Origin: Phallusia mammillata | Lineage: Eukaryota | Assembly: GCA_965637545.1 (NCBI GenBank) | Contig: OZ281496.1 | Span: forward strand, 28,148,001-28,212,000 | DNA length: 64,000 nt | Reading direction: 5' to 3' | Shown here: positions 1 to 13,000 of the stretch, one piece after another | Layout: every line of letters begins with the position of its first letter | How positions within the stretch are numbered: position 1 is the stretch's first letter | Position numbers and translations under genes: made by a program | Notes under the pieces: generated by a model | What the model was told of the DNA's origin: nothing | Databases searched by the model: none | What the model saw: only the letters and a program-made list of their open reading frames with translations

Positions 1-1065
1 TTCATATTTATGTAACTGTAAAACAAGTCTGCCTAATACTATGCTGCTGTGGGTTGGAAATTCGAATACCACTGAAGCTTGTGATTGCATTTTCTTGTCG
101 CAGATACCACAAAATGCAATTCCTTATCGCTGTGAAAGCCTTGGTGTATGATACATATATACGAGTCATAGTTTTTGATAATCAGAATTATCTTTTCTCT
201 TGTGCCTCCTTGTCTTTTCTACAGAAAGTTATATTTTACTCTTTTGTATGATGACACAGCACACAAACAGTGACTTGGCATTTATTTTAGGTACCAACGA
301 GGGGCTTGGTGCGTTATACCCTCGCGAAGTACACATGAAAACATCACAGTATAGACATTTAAAGTGTAATTGGTAAAACAAAACAGGAAATACGATTTCT
401 CTGTTTTTTGATATTGGTAAAAAACATGACGCACACACAGAAAACGTAAATTTCATTTCTTACAAAATAATTTAAAATAACGCCTTTAAGGAAAGTTATT
501 AATGAAGAATTAGACTAAACGCTTTTGTTGATTTTAAATAAGGATTGATGGAGGGTTGACCTAAATATATTTGTGACAATGCTCACATAAATAAATATAT
601 AATTTATCGTAACTTATTTGCTAATGTGAGTGGATAGGCAAAATGGAAGGAATGCAAGAGAACCAACACCTAAAATCATAAGCGAAATATTTCAACAGGA
701 CAATAGGGAAATGTAACACACAAAACACGAAAGCACACATAAATAAATAGAGTATTTAATTTGCGTATGTACATTAAGCCCGTTGTATGTGCAACCTTAA
801 CCTTAAATATGGCTTAGCATGCAGAAGTGAGCTTCAGTGTTTCCTAAACAAAAAAGGCACCATAAATTCCAGTGTTTCCGAACGAAAAAATAAACTTACA
901 AAACACATAGGGCGTTACTGTGAAACCGAGATAAACGCTGTAGCGAAAACTAAAAGGCAAACAAAATTGCACCGGGTCCATTCAACAAAACGACAATTCC
1001 CTATGCTCATATTGTTCACAGTCTAGCGCCACCTCGCGATGGAAACTTTGCCGCATGATGTCGCA

Positions 1066-4000
1066 CTAGTACAAGTCCATTGTCCCGCTGCTGCTCTTTT
1101 TCTTTTTCGGCTTTTTCGATTTGGACGAAAGCGACGGAATTGCTTCGAGTTTATGAGGCCGTCGAACCAGGTCGTCTAGGCCGGTGTAGGAGGCACCTGG
1201 GGGCAGGGTGGGTACGTTTGTGGCCGACAAGGGGTGATGGTGCGAACCACCGACCGGGGAATACCGGTCCCCGTTTTGTGAAAAACCGTTTGACGAGGAC
1301 GAAGACATTCCGCCGCTTGGGCTGTTACTATGGAAACGACCTGTTGAGAAATGAAAGAAATTTTTCATACTTTTAGTATTGGCCTGATAAAGTTGAAAAA
1401 GACCATTGCTTGGTGCCTTTACTAATAACCTTTTTCTGTTTTCTCTTTGCGGTCTAATTAGTTACACATTACGTGGTTCACATTTATGTATAACAGTGAG
1501 TTTTAGTGTCGGTATAAGTAAGAAAGAACCAAAATGCTGTACTACATTGCATTTGTGGCTAGCATACGACATGTAGATATGGAACTTTAGGGTCTCATTG
1601 TTTCAATCAGTGCTGGATTAACCATTAGGCAAACCTACAGACCAGTCAAAAATCCAGGCCACTTTAAATGATTTGGCAACACTGATAATAATTCTAATTT
1701 TTTAGTTGGCAACCCTGATTTTCGGGCCACTTATAAAATGTGCCTACAGGCCAGCAGACCCTTAATCCGGCACTGGTTTTAATATTCTAAAGTCTTATGA
1801 AATCTGAATCCCAATTGTGGCCACAGTTCATACAAAAACTTAGTGTGTCGCTTACTTCTTAGCGTGCCATCCGAGTGAGACGAAGAAATAATTTGCTTCA
1901 CTTGTCGTTTCGGCATGAAGTAGGAAGAGGCTAACTGTTCGTTGCGACTGTTGTTCAACTTTGCCAAATATTTATCTTCGTCACTTCGCTGTAACGAAAA
2001 CCAGGTTTATTAAAATACGACGAGCTTGGTTTGCTATGTTGTATGTTGAATAACAAGCATGTAGTCGAATAAATCAGTTGAACATCCGTCAAATTCATTA
2101 CTGTTCGATTGTTAACTTGGAACAACTGACTTGATATTTTTAGGCATTTTTCTGTTGTAAGGTTGATTATAGTCATTCCAGTGCCAGTTTTGTTCGATGG
2201 AACACCGAATTGTAGAACTTAATTCGTATGGTTTAAATATACTGTATTGCAAACCGAAACCAACAAACCGAAACTCAACTATCGATTAAACTTTCTAATC
2301 ATTCATTTGACACATTAGCAATGCAACTGTTAACTACGTAGCTTGCTCTTTTACTCAATTCTCTCGGTTTTATTTTATTGTACTCACCTGTGAATAACTT
2401 TCGGTTGAGCTGGTAGATTGTGGCGGGGAATAGCCTACCCGATCTGAGTAGCCTCCTCTCACGCCGTTCTGTGGACCTAAACACAAAACATACCTGGTGA
2501 GTGAGGAGAAGCAAGTATAATTTCACCCCTTGATCAATGACATTAAGACATATAGATGGGGTGTTTCAAGCCGTCGGCTGTGAAGCGCACACAAAATTGT
2601 GACAAAAAAACTAAAACTGACAAGTTTCTTTTATTAAAAGATAGGCAGATTTTACAGGCGTGTGCAAAGGTTGTTTTCATTGTAGGTGAAAAAATCCACC
2701 GTTGTTCGTACCTGCACTTGGTAGCGACGTTTTAACAATCACCAGGTCGGGCAGAATCCATCTTTGCTCGTCTTCGTCGAACTTGGTTTCAGACTTGATG
2801 CGGTCTAAGTTGCCATAATTACAGTCCCGTCTGATAGTGGGCTGCAGTTTGCCCAAAATTCCCTGCAGAAGGTGAAAAGTCAATGCCAGTTTATGTTCTG
2901 GTATCTGCAGTATGGAGGTTGGACTAGAATGATGGCTTTCCTGCACCTTTTTCATTTTTATATTGTACAAATTATTTAATGAACGACCACATACACTGTT
3001 CGCCACACGTAAAACAGATATAAGCTTGTTATTCAGTTTTAAAAGCAAAATTATGCAGAAGGAGTTTAAAACATTAAGACACCATGTATAGTAAAGAAAT
3101 CATGCTCTGATTGGTACAGCCCACAAAATACACTGGAATAATAATAACTCGTTTGTTTGGATTGCTTACATTAAGAAGCTCCAACTCTCGTTCCTGTCTT
3201 CTTATCGTCGCGAGGTATTCACTTCTGTCACGTTCGAATTCGTAATTTAAATCCTCCACCTCCATTTTTAAACCTTCCAACTTAAAACATGTAAGGAAAG
3301 TATTTGAGCTGCATGCAATTTGAAGCATATAATTTTGACATGGAGTTTTTGAATTCTGTAGATATTTGTTTCAAAGACAGATTGCAGACCGTTTAGGGAT
3401 AGTTTGCCATAGATCACACATCTTGTTTTATTTTCGCCCATTTTTACTTGCTGCTGGATTTTACACTTCATTTAAAAATGGCATAAGTATTGTCGAAACG
3501 TCTTGTATTTTTTAAACAATAGATTGACTTGACTGTTTTTTTTTATAATTTTCAGTGAAGTAAAACCGTTTTCCTTTTGTCTGTTATAGCAGCTGGCCGA
3601 TCTCATACTCAATTTTTACGCAAAAGTCCCTTCTTCATCTCAATTTTAAATACTCTCAGTCTATCCTGAAACAATTCTTACCTTCTTTTTCTGCTTAGTT
3701 ATAATCTTGTCGCGTCCTTTTACGTCGTCATGAATGCTGTCGTACACGTCCAGAATTGTTTCGTCATCATCCCGTAACGTGGCCTGTGCAAGTCGGCGCT
3801 TTCGCTCGTCCACGTGTTTACGCCGACTCTGACGTCGTAGTTTCGCTTCCTCGTCACGTGACCTTTCTCCGCCAACCATGTTCTGCTGTAGCATCTGAAG
3901 TCTGCCAATCAAATGTCACCAAGTTCACAAACTTTTAGGAATAACTCGATTTAAAAACGGAATTACAACGTAACCAAAGAGCCTATCTAATTTGTTGTTG

Positions 4001-7000
4001 TTTTCGCCGGTGTATTTATTTTTTATTTTTTTGCTTTTCAGGATTTTTTTTAACTGGGCCTTGCAAATTTGCTTATGCCTATTTTTAAACTAATATGCCC
4101 CTTCGCATAAAAAACCTACCGCTTTAGCGCCTCCTCGTGTTGCTTCATGACGTCGTCCTCGTTCGTTTTTTCGTCTTCTTCGAGGAGAGCATTGTTAGGC
4201 ACCTCCTCGTTGGAGGGCTTGCTACCAATGTACTGAGCGACCTTCAAACATAGCACGTTGTGTTATTATTAGGACATACGTTTGTACAGTTTATTTGGAG
4301 TATGTACCTGATGTTCCGGCTGTTGTTGTAAAGAAACCGTCTCACTGGTCGTTTCACCACTCTGAAATCAAACACAGGTTCCATGAAAAACTTTACACTT
4401 GAATTTTGTCGACATGAAAATGTTACAAAACAAACAAATTTACCAGTGAGAAGATGTTTCAAAATAACACAACACATCAGTAACAAAAACTGATCAGGGT
4501 TCGTACTCGTCAAGGGTTCGAACCCCACGACAACAAAACAAAGTTGCATCGCACGGTTCACTTTCAAAGAACAGATACCCCATTATTTTTAAGTGTATTA
4601 TGAAACAATGAACTACAAACATTCACACCACCTCAGTACTTCGTAAACAGACGAATTTGTTCTTTCACGACCAAGCTTTCACTTAATGAACAAAATGGTA
4701 TTATTCATTAAAACAGAATATGCGATTACCGGGTATACGATTGACCAGAATCTAAATATGAACATCAAAAAAATCTCATCTCTAAACATCTTTCAGGGAA
4801 TATCCACTTTAAACCGAGACATATAAGAAACACCAAAATTTCAACTGAGACAGATCGTTCATCGATCGTCATAATCATGCCACTTATGACGACAACAAAA
4901 GTACCAGTGACGTCACGTCAGACCCAAGCGAGCAGACGTCACCAGTGTATGGCATCACCTCGAAGGAGGACTCGTAGAAACCGACGTCGGATGCTGTGGA
5001 TGATGTTAGCGGCATCTTAAAAGCGACGGAAAAGATCAGTTTAAGAGGAACGTGTTTTGAACTATAACTTACAATGAAAGACACCCTATCAATGTTGGCA
5101 AACAATCAAATCCGAATTCGCTTTTTGCAGCGACCGGTTACGGTTAACAATTGACAACAAATAAGAATCCATCATTGGAAAGACGACAAAATCTTCCTTA
5201 CATTTTCCTTTATTCATTTAGTCACTTCAATTATTATTTTGTAAAAAGTCGCACATGCTCTTCAAGAATAACACCACAAGAAATCAAGATTCCAATGCAT
5301 TGTGGGAGTATATATAGTTCAGCCATCGTAACATGATGCCAAAGTACGTCGAACAACATTATCAAACACTGCCACTTTACGACACAACAAACCATGCTGC
5401 AACAACGGCCCCGCTCATATCCTACTGGAAAATCGCCCCCATCGGCGATGGCACCCCCCATGACGTCAGAGATGCGGTCATGAAGTGACCTTCGGACGGA
5501 CATCTCAAGGGCATGGTTGTAGATTAGTTCCGATAGCTTAAGCATGAAATTCGCCGACTGGCGGTAGACTTTTAGATCGGTGTCTTGTGATTGGTCGCCT
5601 TCAGTCACGTGGTCAAGTTCGAGCCCGCCAACATCCGACGAGCGGAAAGATGGCGACACGCTGTCGCCCGTTACACTGCTGCTACAATCATCGCTAGTGC
5701 TGGAGTCGTCGTCAGGGGGATATGGAGAGATGTGAGACAGCTTGGTGGAAAGTTTTGTAGCGAGGAGTTATGTTAATGAGCAATAATAGTGCAGAGCCAA
5801 CAACCAACGAAAAAATGAAATAAAGAGGTGTTGACCCATTAACCGCCAACCACACTATCTTTTTAGTGAATCAATGGATACCTTTTGCTTCAAAGCTTCA
5901 TAAGGTTGCACCGTTTTACTTGGTGAATTTTGAGGCTAGAGTAAGCCTTACCCAACCAAATGTTTTTAACCAAAAAAGTCTGGATGCGTATTGTTTCCTA
6001 TTCAAGATGGGAACATACCTCTTGTGAAAGACGATCCATGGTTAACGTGTTCTGCACAGCAAGGCCTAAAAAGAAAATAGATCTAAGATTTTGAAATTGC
6101 AGAAGAAACGAGAATATCGAAATGCAAACATGCTAGTCTGATCAAAACACTAGAGCAGTGGTTCCCAACCAGGGCCCATGGCCCCCCAGGGGGGCCACGA
6201 GCTGTGTTTCGGGGGGCCACGGGCGTAGATTCACAAGAAACACCCACTAAAAGTCATTTTCACTTTAACTTTATTCCCGAAATTAATCGACTATTTCACA
6301 TACTATTTGTTTATAGTGAGGTTTATCACGCTCATTTACTCTATTAGACCTGTTTAAGGCCAAAATTAATACCGCATTCCAACGCGAGATTGCTATCTAC
6401 ATTTTAAGGGGGCCGCAGGTCCTATATGGTAACTTGAAGTGGGCCACGAGGCCAAAAAGTTACTTTAAGGGGGCCATGGTCCACGAAAGGTTGGGAACCA
6501 CTGCACTAGAGAGTTTGTATGTTTTGAAAACATACTATTATAAACGTTTCCGACGTCCAAAAACGTTTTGAGCAGTTGAAAAAATATCTTTTTGCAACCA
6601 AGCTATCTCATTTACTTTTAATGTCAGACTTGTAATTATTATGAGTGCAAACATTTGGTAAAGCCAATACGTTTTTATGCAAGGATGGCATTACCTGCTT
6701 GTGATATATGCTGGTCGTATTGGGTCTTCAATTTGTTCATGTCCTCCTGTAACTTCGCATTGCTCATTTGCTCGGCTTCATATCTCTGCTTTAGCTCCGT
6801 GATTTTCTCCTCGTATTCCTAAACCCCCAAAATAATCTTATTATTACCGCATGGCGAAACACGTGGCAGAAAGCACTTAGAAAATGTCAATAAGAAGCTA
6901 AAGGCTTCAAATTGCCTTACTCCAAACAAGAGTTTGTGGAATGAACAGATTGCTGTCGTATAAATACCTTTCGCATGGAGTCAGATTCCAGATCTGCATT

Positions 7001-10000
7001 TCCGGTCTCATCCGTTTCTTCTTGTGTTTCCGACTTGGAGCGCTGCTGAAACGGGGACTGTCCCTCCAGCAAGGCTGCAAAATTACAGTTGTAAAATTTT
7101 AAGTAAATCCATTAAGTCAGTATTGTTTAAGCTTCTCAACAAGCGCCACAGAATTGCAAAATTAAAAAAATACGATGAATGTAACACATCATGAAAAACA
7201 CAATTAAATACCTCGTAAAAACACCATTGCATCAAATATATCCCATTTTTATGCCAAACCTTTAATTAACAATTAAGGATAAAATAAATTTCCGCCTATA
7301 CTAAATTGTCGAAACTCATTGCACGTTTTTAACAAACTCGCACAATGTTTGTAAATATTCACTCCTGCTGCCAATAATACTGTGAAATCTAGACCACGCG
7401 GATTGAAAACATGGAAACGTTGGATAAAAACTAGTCGAAAAAAGATGGGCATGAATAATTTAAAAGTGCGGACATTTGGCGCTCGTAAGCCCGTCGTTAT
7501 CAAGTCGGAAATCGCGATGTCAGGTGCTGGATGTTCATGTAAACAAAACCTGACCATAGCGCTGAAGCATTGTGGTTATGTGCAAGCAGAAATCGGCTAC
7601 AGCTTTCAAAGATTAAAATCAAAGTAAACATAGAACTTTTGACAACTTGCAGTTGACTTTACCAAGTAACTTTAGGTTACTACTTTTACAAATTTGACTT
7701 CATTAAAATCAAATTAAAGAGGATCGTTGTGCATTAAAAGATTTTTGGGAAGATCAAAACTCGAAATGTCACCCCTTTTTCTCTAAATTGTTATTTCTAT
7801 TCAGTGGCCAACACCACGTTGTACAAATTTGACTCAGATTTTTCTTTGTCTATTTCTCAAACAGCAACAGATGCACTTTTAACGACAATTTCCGAAAGTC
7901 CGAACTGCTACGTGACAAAATTAACCTTAAAACAGTACTTTCATTGTACTTCACGAATGATAGTAATGACTCCCAAGGTAAAGTGCCCATACATGAACTG
8001 TGAAAATATTAACTTTGTTCGATGCACATGAAAGATGGACGAATGAGTCGTTTCATGGAATGACAATGACAAATTTGTGAGAAGATGTGAATGATGTAAT
8101 CGTATTTAGCGATGCTGTTACAAAAGCTGCAAATATTATGACCAGCACTTCATAATATTTTGGCGCTATGGATCAATTGCCACCAGATGCTTCCATTTAA
8201 AACCTTAACACCTCGCAAGTTGAAAAATTACTTCGAATTCAGACTCAAAACAAATGTAGAAATGATTAATTCAGCATTCAATTGCATTTTAGCACCTCAA
8301 GCCCGCATGAGCGCAGCGCATTTCGTACGGAAATGCGCAAACGTATAACTACCAACCGCTGCTGAGGGCCTCGGCCAGTTTTGGATCTTGCTTGGCGTTG
8401 CCGACTAGAGCTGTAGAGAAACTTGTAGTAAATTAAAGATGACTGCAGGTTGCCAGAAACTGTTTAGACTTTGAGAGCTATTTTTTTACAAGTATTCAAC
8501 TGAAATTGGGGACCTTCGTCGTTTACCCAGTCTGAAGTTTTACATTCATTTGAAAAAGAAAATGCTTTTTTGCAGGATCTGTCCCTCTATAGTAGGTAAA
8601 GTGAAGGATCAATTAAATTCAATCTGATTTCTTACATATAAATGTCTGTCTGTCTTTGTGATTACTGTTGGCAATTTGAATGCAAATCCATCTAAAAACA
8701 ATCGGTCCATACCATATACTTAAAATAAGTGATTGATGGGGCTAAATGAAAAAACGGTTATATGTTACTTGAATAAGTAGTGAGAAGTGACATGTTTGCG
8801 TCGAATAAATGATTGTTTAAAACGAGATGCTCCACCAAACAAATGACTAAAATGTATGCTTGTTGTATTTTCGTCTCGTTGCTAATTCTGCGTCATCTTA
8901 CCTTTGATTCCATCTGGTCCAAGTTGTCCAGCAAGCAAACCTCTTAGTTTTTTAATCTCTTCCTGATATTCTCGTAGCAATGCGTCCTTCGGGTCTTCGT
9001 TGATATGAGGCTTGTTCTTTATATTCTTGGCTCGATTGGCGTAACTAAAACATAGAAAATAGAAGTTTAGTAATATGATAAAAGTTCATTTTCCTAATGA
9101 TTATACTGTGGCACAAGGATTTTAATTATAATTAGTAAAACACACACACGTAATTCTTTAGTTATGAAAACGACAGTTTTTGCCCCGAACTCTGCGTTTC
9201 AAACTAGCCGTAATTATTCAATTCAGGTTCGAAAGAATCGCTCGTAGTTCAATTTCTACACAAAACGTAGCAAGTTCGGTTGATTAAAAAAAATTAACAA
9301 AGTAAAGAGAATTCAACCACGCCATACGTATCTTTTTGCTTATGAGGTTATCTTGCAACCCAGCGACTGTGGACTGGATTGATCTTAAGCTTCTTACCGT
9401 AACGTGCTTAAGGTCTCATCGTAATTATTGTCGGCTGGTGATAAGCAGGCTACCATCAAAGTCTTCGTGTTCCCTCCTAGAGAGTCTTGCAGTAGTCGAG
9501 TAAGCTTTGAATCACGGTAGGGAATGTGCTTCGACTTTCCGTCCACCAAAGCCGATATAACGTTGCCTGAAATTTAATGGTGTTAGTTAGAATTCAGCAA
9601 ATTTTTCAAATGGTTGGATGACAATAGAACGTTCACAAAAGTAACAAGAATTGGTTTGTAATTGAGTTGAGTTGAGTTTATTTCGCTCGGTGAAAAAATC
9701 GTAGTAACACAATTGCACTAAAACATTCACCTTGCCGGAGCAACGTTGAAACGTTAAAAAGCGCGACAAAGTAGAGGGTACAATTGGTGGAAAGATGAGA
9801 AAAGCGCTGCAGCACACCGTTATTATAAGCGCTATATGACGGGGACTCACATCATAGGGTGAGGTTGACGCATTAGGACGTCAAGACTGGGGGAAAAACA
9901 ATTGAATAAGGCAATGACAGTACGGAATGTATAAATCTTCAAATCTGTGGTTAGACGTTGTGTTTTTACGGATTTTACAGGCAATGATAAAAACGTGACG

Positions 10001-13000
10001 ATGTCCACAAGTGCGGTTTCAGATAAATACAGTTAATTTTTGCTCGTCAAGTTAGTGTTAAGGTCACACAATGCTACGTGTTTCTAGCTGTTTGGATAGG
10101 TATTGCAAAGTTGCACCGTGATCGAGTATCAAATAACTTTCGTTTTAGCTTTAACGAGTTAATCGCCCGTGGCGTCAACAAACACTTCGACTGTATCGTG
10201 ACTTAGCAACCAAACAAACAAACAAGTATTTCTGTTCGTGTAGTAGATGTCTTGGGCAGAGTATAACATCTTCGCATACATCGCGCAATTTACAAACTTT
10301 TAAACAGCAAGTCATGGATGTTGTGATCTTCTAGCGATTAATAAGCACTTGTCTGAGTTGATATTTGTTCACCTATATAACCTAGACCACTGTCATGACT
10401 ACACAACCAAACATACGAGTCTCATTGCACTTTACGAGATGCTGTAATCGTTCTGATGGTTAACTTCAAGGATAAGCAGATTTTATGAACAAATCTTATT
10501 TAGACGTGGCTTTCTTTGGTGTAAATTCAAGCTGGGATGAGGAAATACCTCTTGCCTATTTAGAGGCCAGTCAATTCAACATTCTTTGTAGTACTTTGGT
10601 TTTTTACCAGTGGGCCCAACAACCATTGGGAATTTTAATGAACCTTGCAAACTTGACTCAACGAACACATGGTTGCAACCAACAAAAAGTGCAAAGCTTG
10701 GGATAACTAAAAAGGTTTTTTTTCTTTACTTGAACAATGAGACATATCGACCGTGAAGGATAAAGAAAGATAACAACAACAACAGTTGACTTGTAACTGC
10801 ATCACAAATGATCTCAAACAAGCCATAAATTAAACTCAAAAGTTGGCAATCTCAAGTCAAGCTACTCACCCAAGGCTGATAGGGAAAGGTTGATTTTTGT
10901 GGCTTCTTTGAGTCGATCACCAGTGGCACCTGTCTTTGATTGTCTCTCGCTACCAGCCAAATCGACCAAGTTTAATTTGCCTGCTCGAATGTGGTCACCA
11001 CCATCTATACCTGTTAAAAATGTATCGCATTTGTAAAGAATTTGTTGCTGTATTTTCTGTGATTACGGCACCCTAAATATACAAGGTTTATTCTTAAAGG
11101 AATGTGAAGTCACAATTGTTTTACCATTGCAAACATACAACATTGTTTTACCATACAATACAAATAACAAGCAGTGATTGGGCATCAGTCTTTAACCAAA
11201 CAAGATTCCAAAACCCACACCTTTGCAGACAATAACCAGCAAAAAAATTTCTTCTTTATTATGTAAACATTAATTTTTTCATTTATTGTCATTTATCTTC
11301 TATTTTATCTTTACAGGCCAGGGATAAATATCCCGGTTGTTAACACCAAAATATACAACACACATTATCCCAGCATGCTCAATGCTTGTTACCTTTCAAT
11401 AGATTAGCTGTGGAAAACACAAAACAATACTCAAAAATGACTTGGTAAAGTAAAAGTAGAAACTGTTACTCCTTATGATTTTATCAATCCTTATTCAAAT
11501 AGAATGTAAATCATTTATGACAATTCCATTGTAATTTTTTGTAACTTTTAGTCTTGTGCAAAACACAAGCAAGACACAAATTAGCAACACATTCCCGCTA
11601 CCTGTGTCACAGGCTTCTAGGTATATTGTAAAAATTGAATGCGAACGAGATGAGTCAGCATTCATGAGAGTTGCACCAACTGTTCTGTTTTGCCAACCCA
11701 TAGACATGACACGTTCACATTCTAATACATTGCCCACTCTTTGCATGGAAAGATCTTTGACATACACGCCCTTGTCAGGATGTTCTTTAAGCTGTAAAAG
11801 CATAGTTTTTTTAAACATGTATGCTAATTTCACAGTTTTTTATTACATGAATAGAGTGCAAAAGGAGTTTTTTTTCTGTTGTTGATAGAACTTTAAATAA
11901 ACATGCAACTTTTGCAGGTATGATAACTGTTGACATATTGTCCATTAAGACATTTGTTTTGGGCCGTTTTTGGACATTTTTTGTAACATTGATTTGCTTT
12001 GAAGGTTTGGAGGTTAATTTGGTGATGTATCATTCCTTACCTCTAGTTTTTCTTTGATGTTCTTACTCAGTAAATCTCTCACATCTTCATTGTAGATCTC
12101 CAAGTAACTTGCATGGACCAAATATTTGGTGTTTTCTGCAGTCTTGATAAACAGAGAGGTTTTGTGATTTTGGTGGCTATTTTAAGTACACTATAACTTT
12201 TTTGTTTAAAACTGTTTTTTTAAACCAATTGAACAGACCTTGAAGGCAGTCAGGATGACTTCTTTATTTTTGTTTGAAACTTGTACAGTTTACATGATAT
12301 GTACATGATACAGGTTCATTATGAATGAGTTTCCAAACAAACATATACAATTTCAACATACTTCCGGTTTGAAATAGCCATGTCACAGGTGGAATAAGGG
12401 CAGAGGATTGTGAAACAACTTCTATTGTGTAAAGCATGACTGGCACCCGGTACATTGACCAGCATATCAAGTTACAAGCTTTAGACTGGTTGGGGTAATA
12501 TAATTGTTGTCTCAAAACAAATTAAAATACTGCTTGATAGGGATGTGCCAAAACTGCAAGTGTTCTGTTTGGTCGAGCACCAAGTACCTCACGTTAATGC
12601 TCGGTGCTCGGGTGCATTATGACGTCACAAACATTCCCTATTAAACGCAAGTTTTAGCATTACAACGCCGCTTACGTCACCAACGGTGTATTAAGCTGTA
12701 CGGCAGGGGTGTCCAAACTTTTTTTAACGGGGGCCAAATTTTACCAGGTAAAGACGCCCGCGGGCCAACGTTTTTTCAGAATTAAGACACAAATTTACAG
12801 GATTTAAGGAAATTTTGTTGAGTTAGCACCTTCCTTTTTACCGGTAAATGAAGTTCCATGGAAAGCTTTTGCGTGATGTAGCGTCGCCCAAACCCCAAAA
12901 CTTAATCCAAAGTTCCAAACTATGGCGGGCCATACGCAACACAATTTTGAAAAAAACAGCCGCGGGCCACTTGAAATGCCGTCGCGGGCCGCAGTTTGGA

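Noticed and set aside
1-460. Possible terminal exons of a plus-strand gene (e.g. GTNEGLGALYPREVHMK...* after an acceptor at about 290)
   Set aside because: No recognisable protein similarity and splice evidence on both strands is ambiguous; needs the upstream window.
1080-1376. 98-aa plus-strand ORF over the last KIF17 exon
   Set aside because: Antisense shadow of a GC-rich coding exon; non-ATG start.
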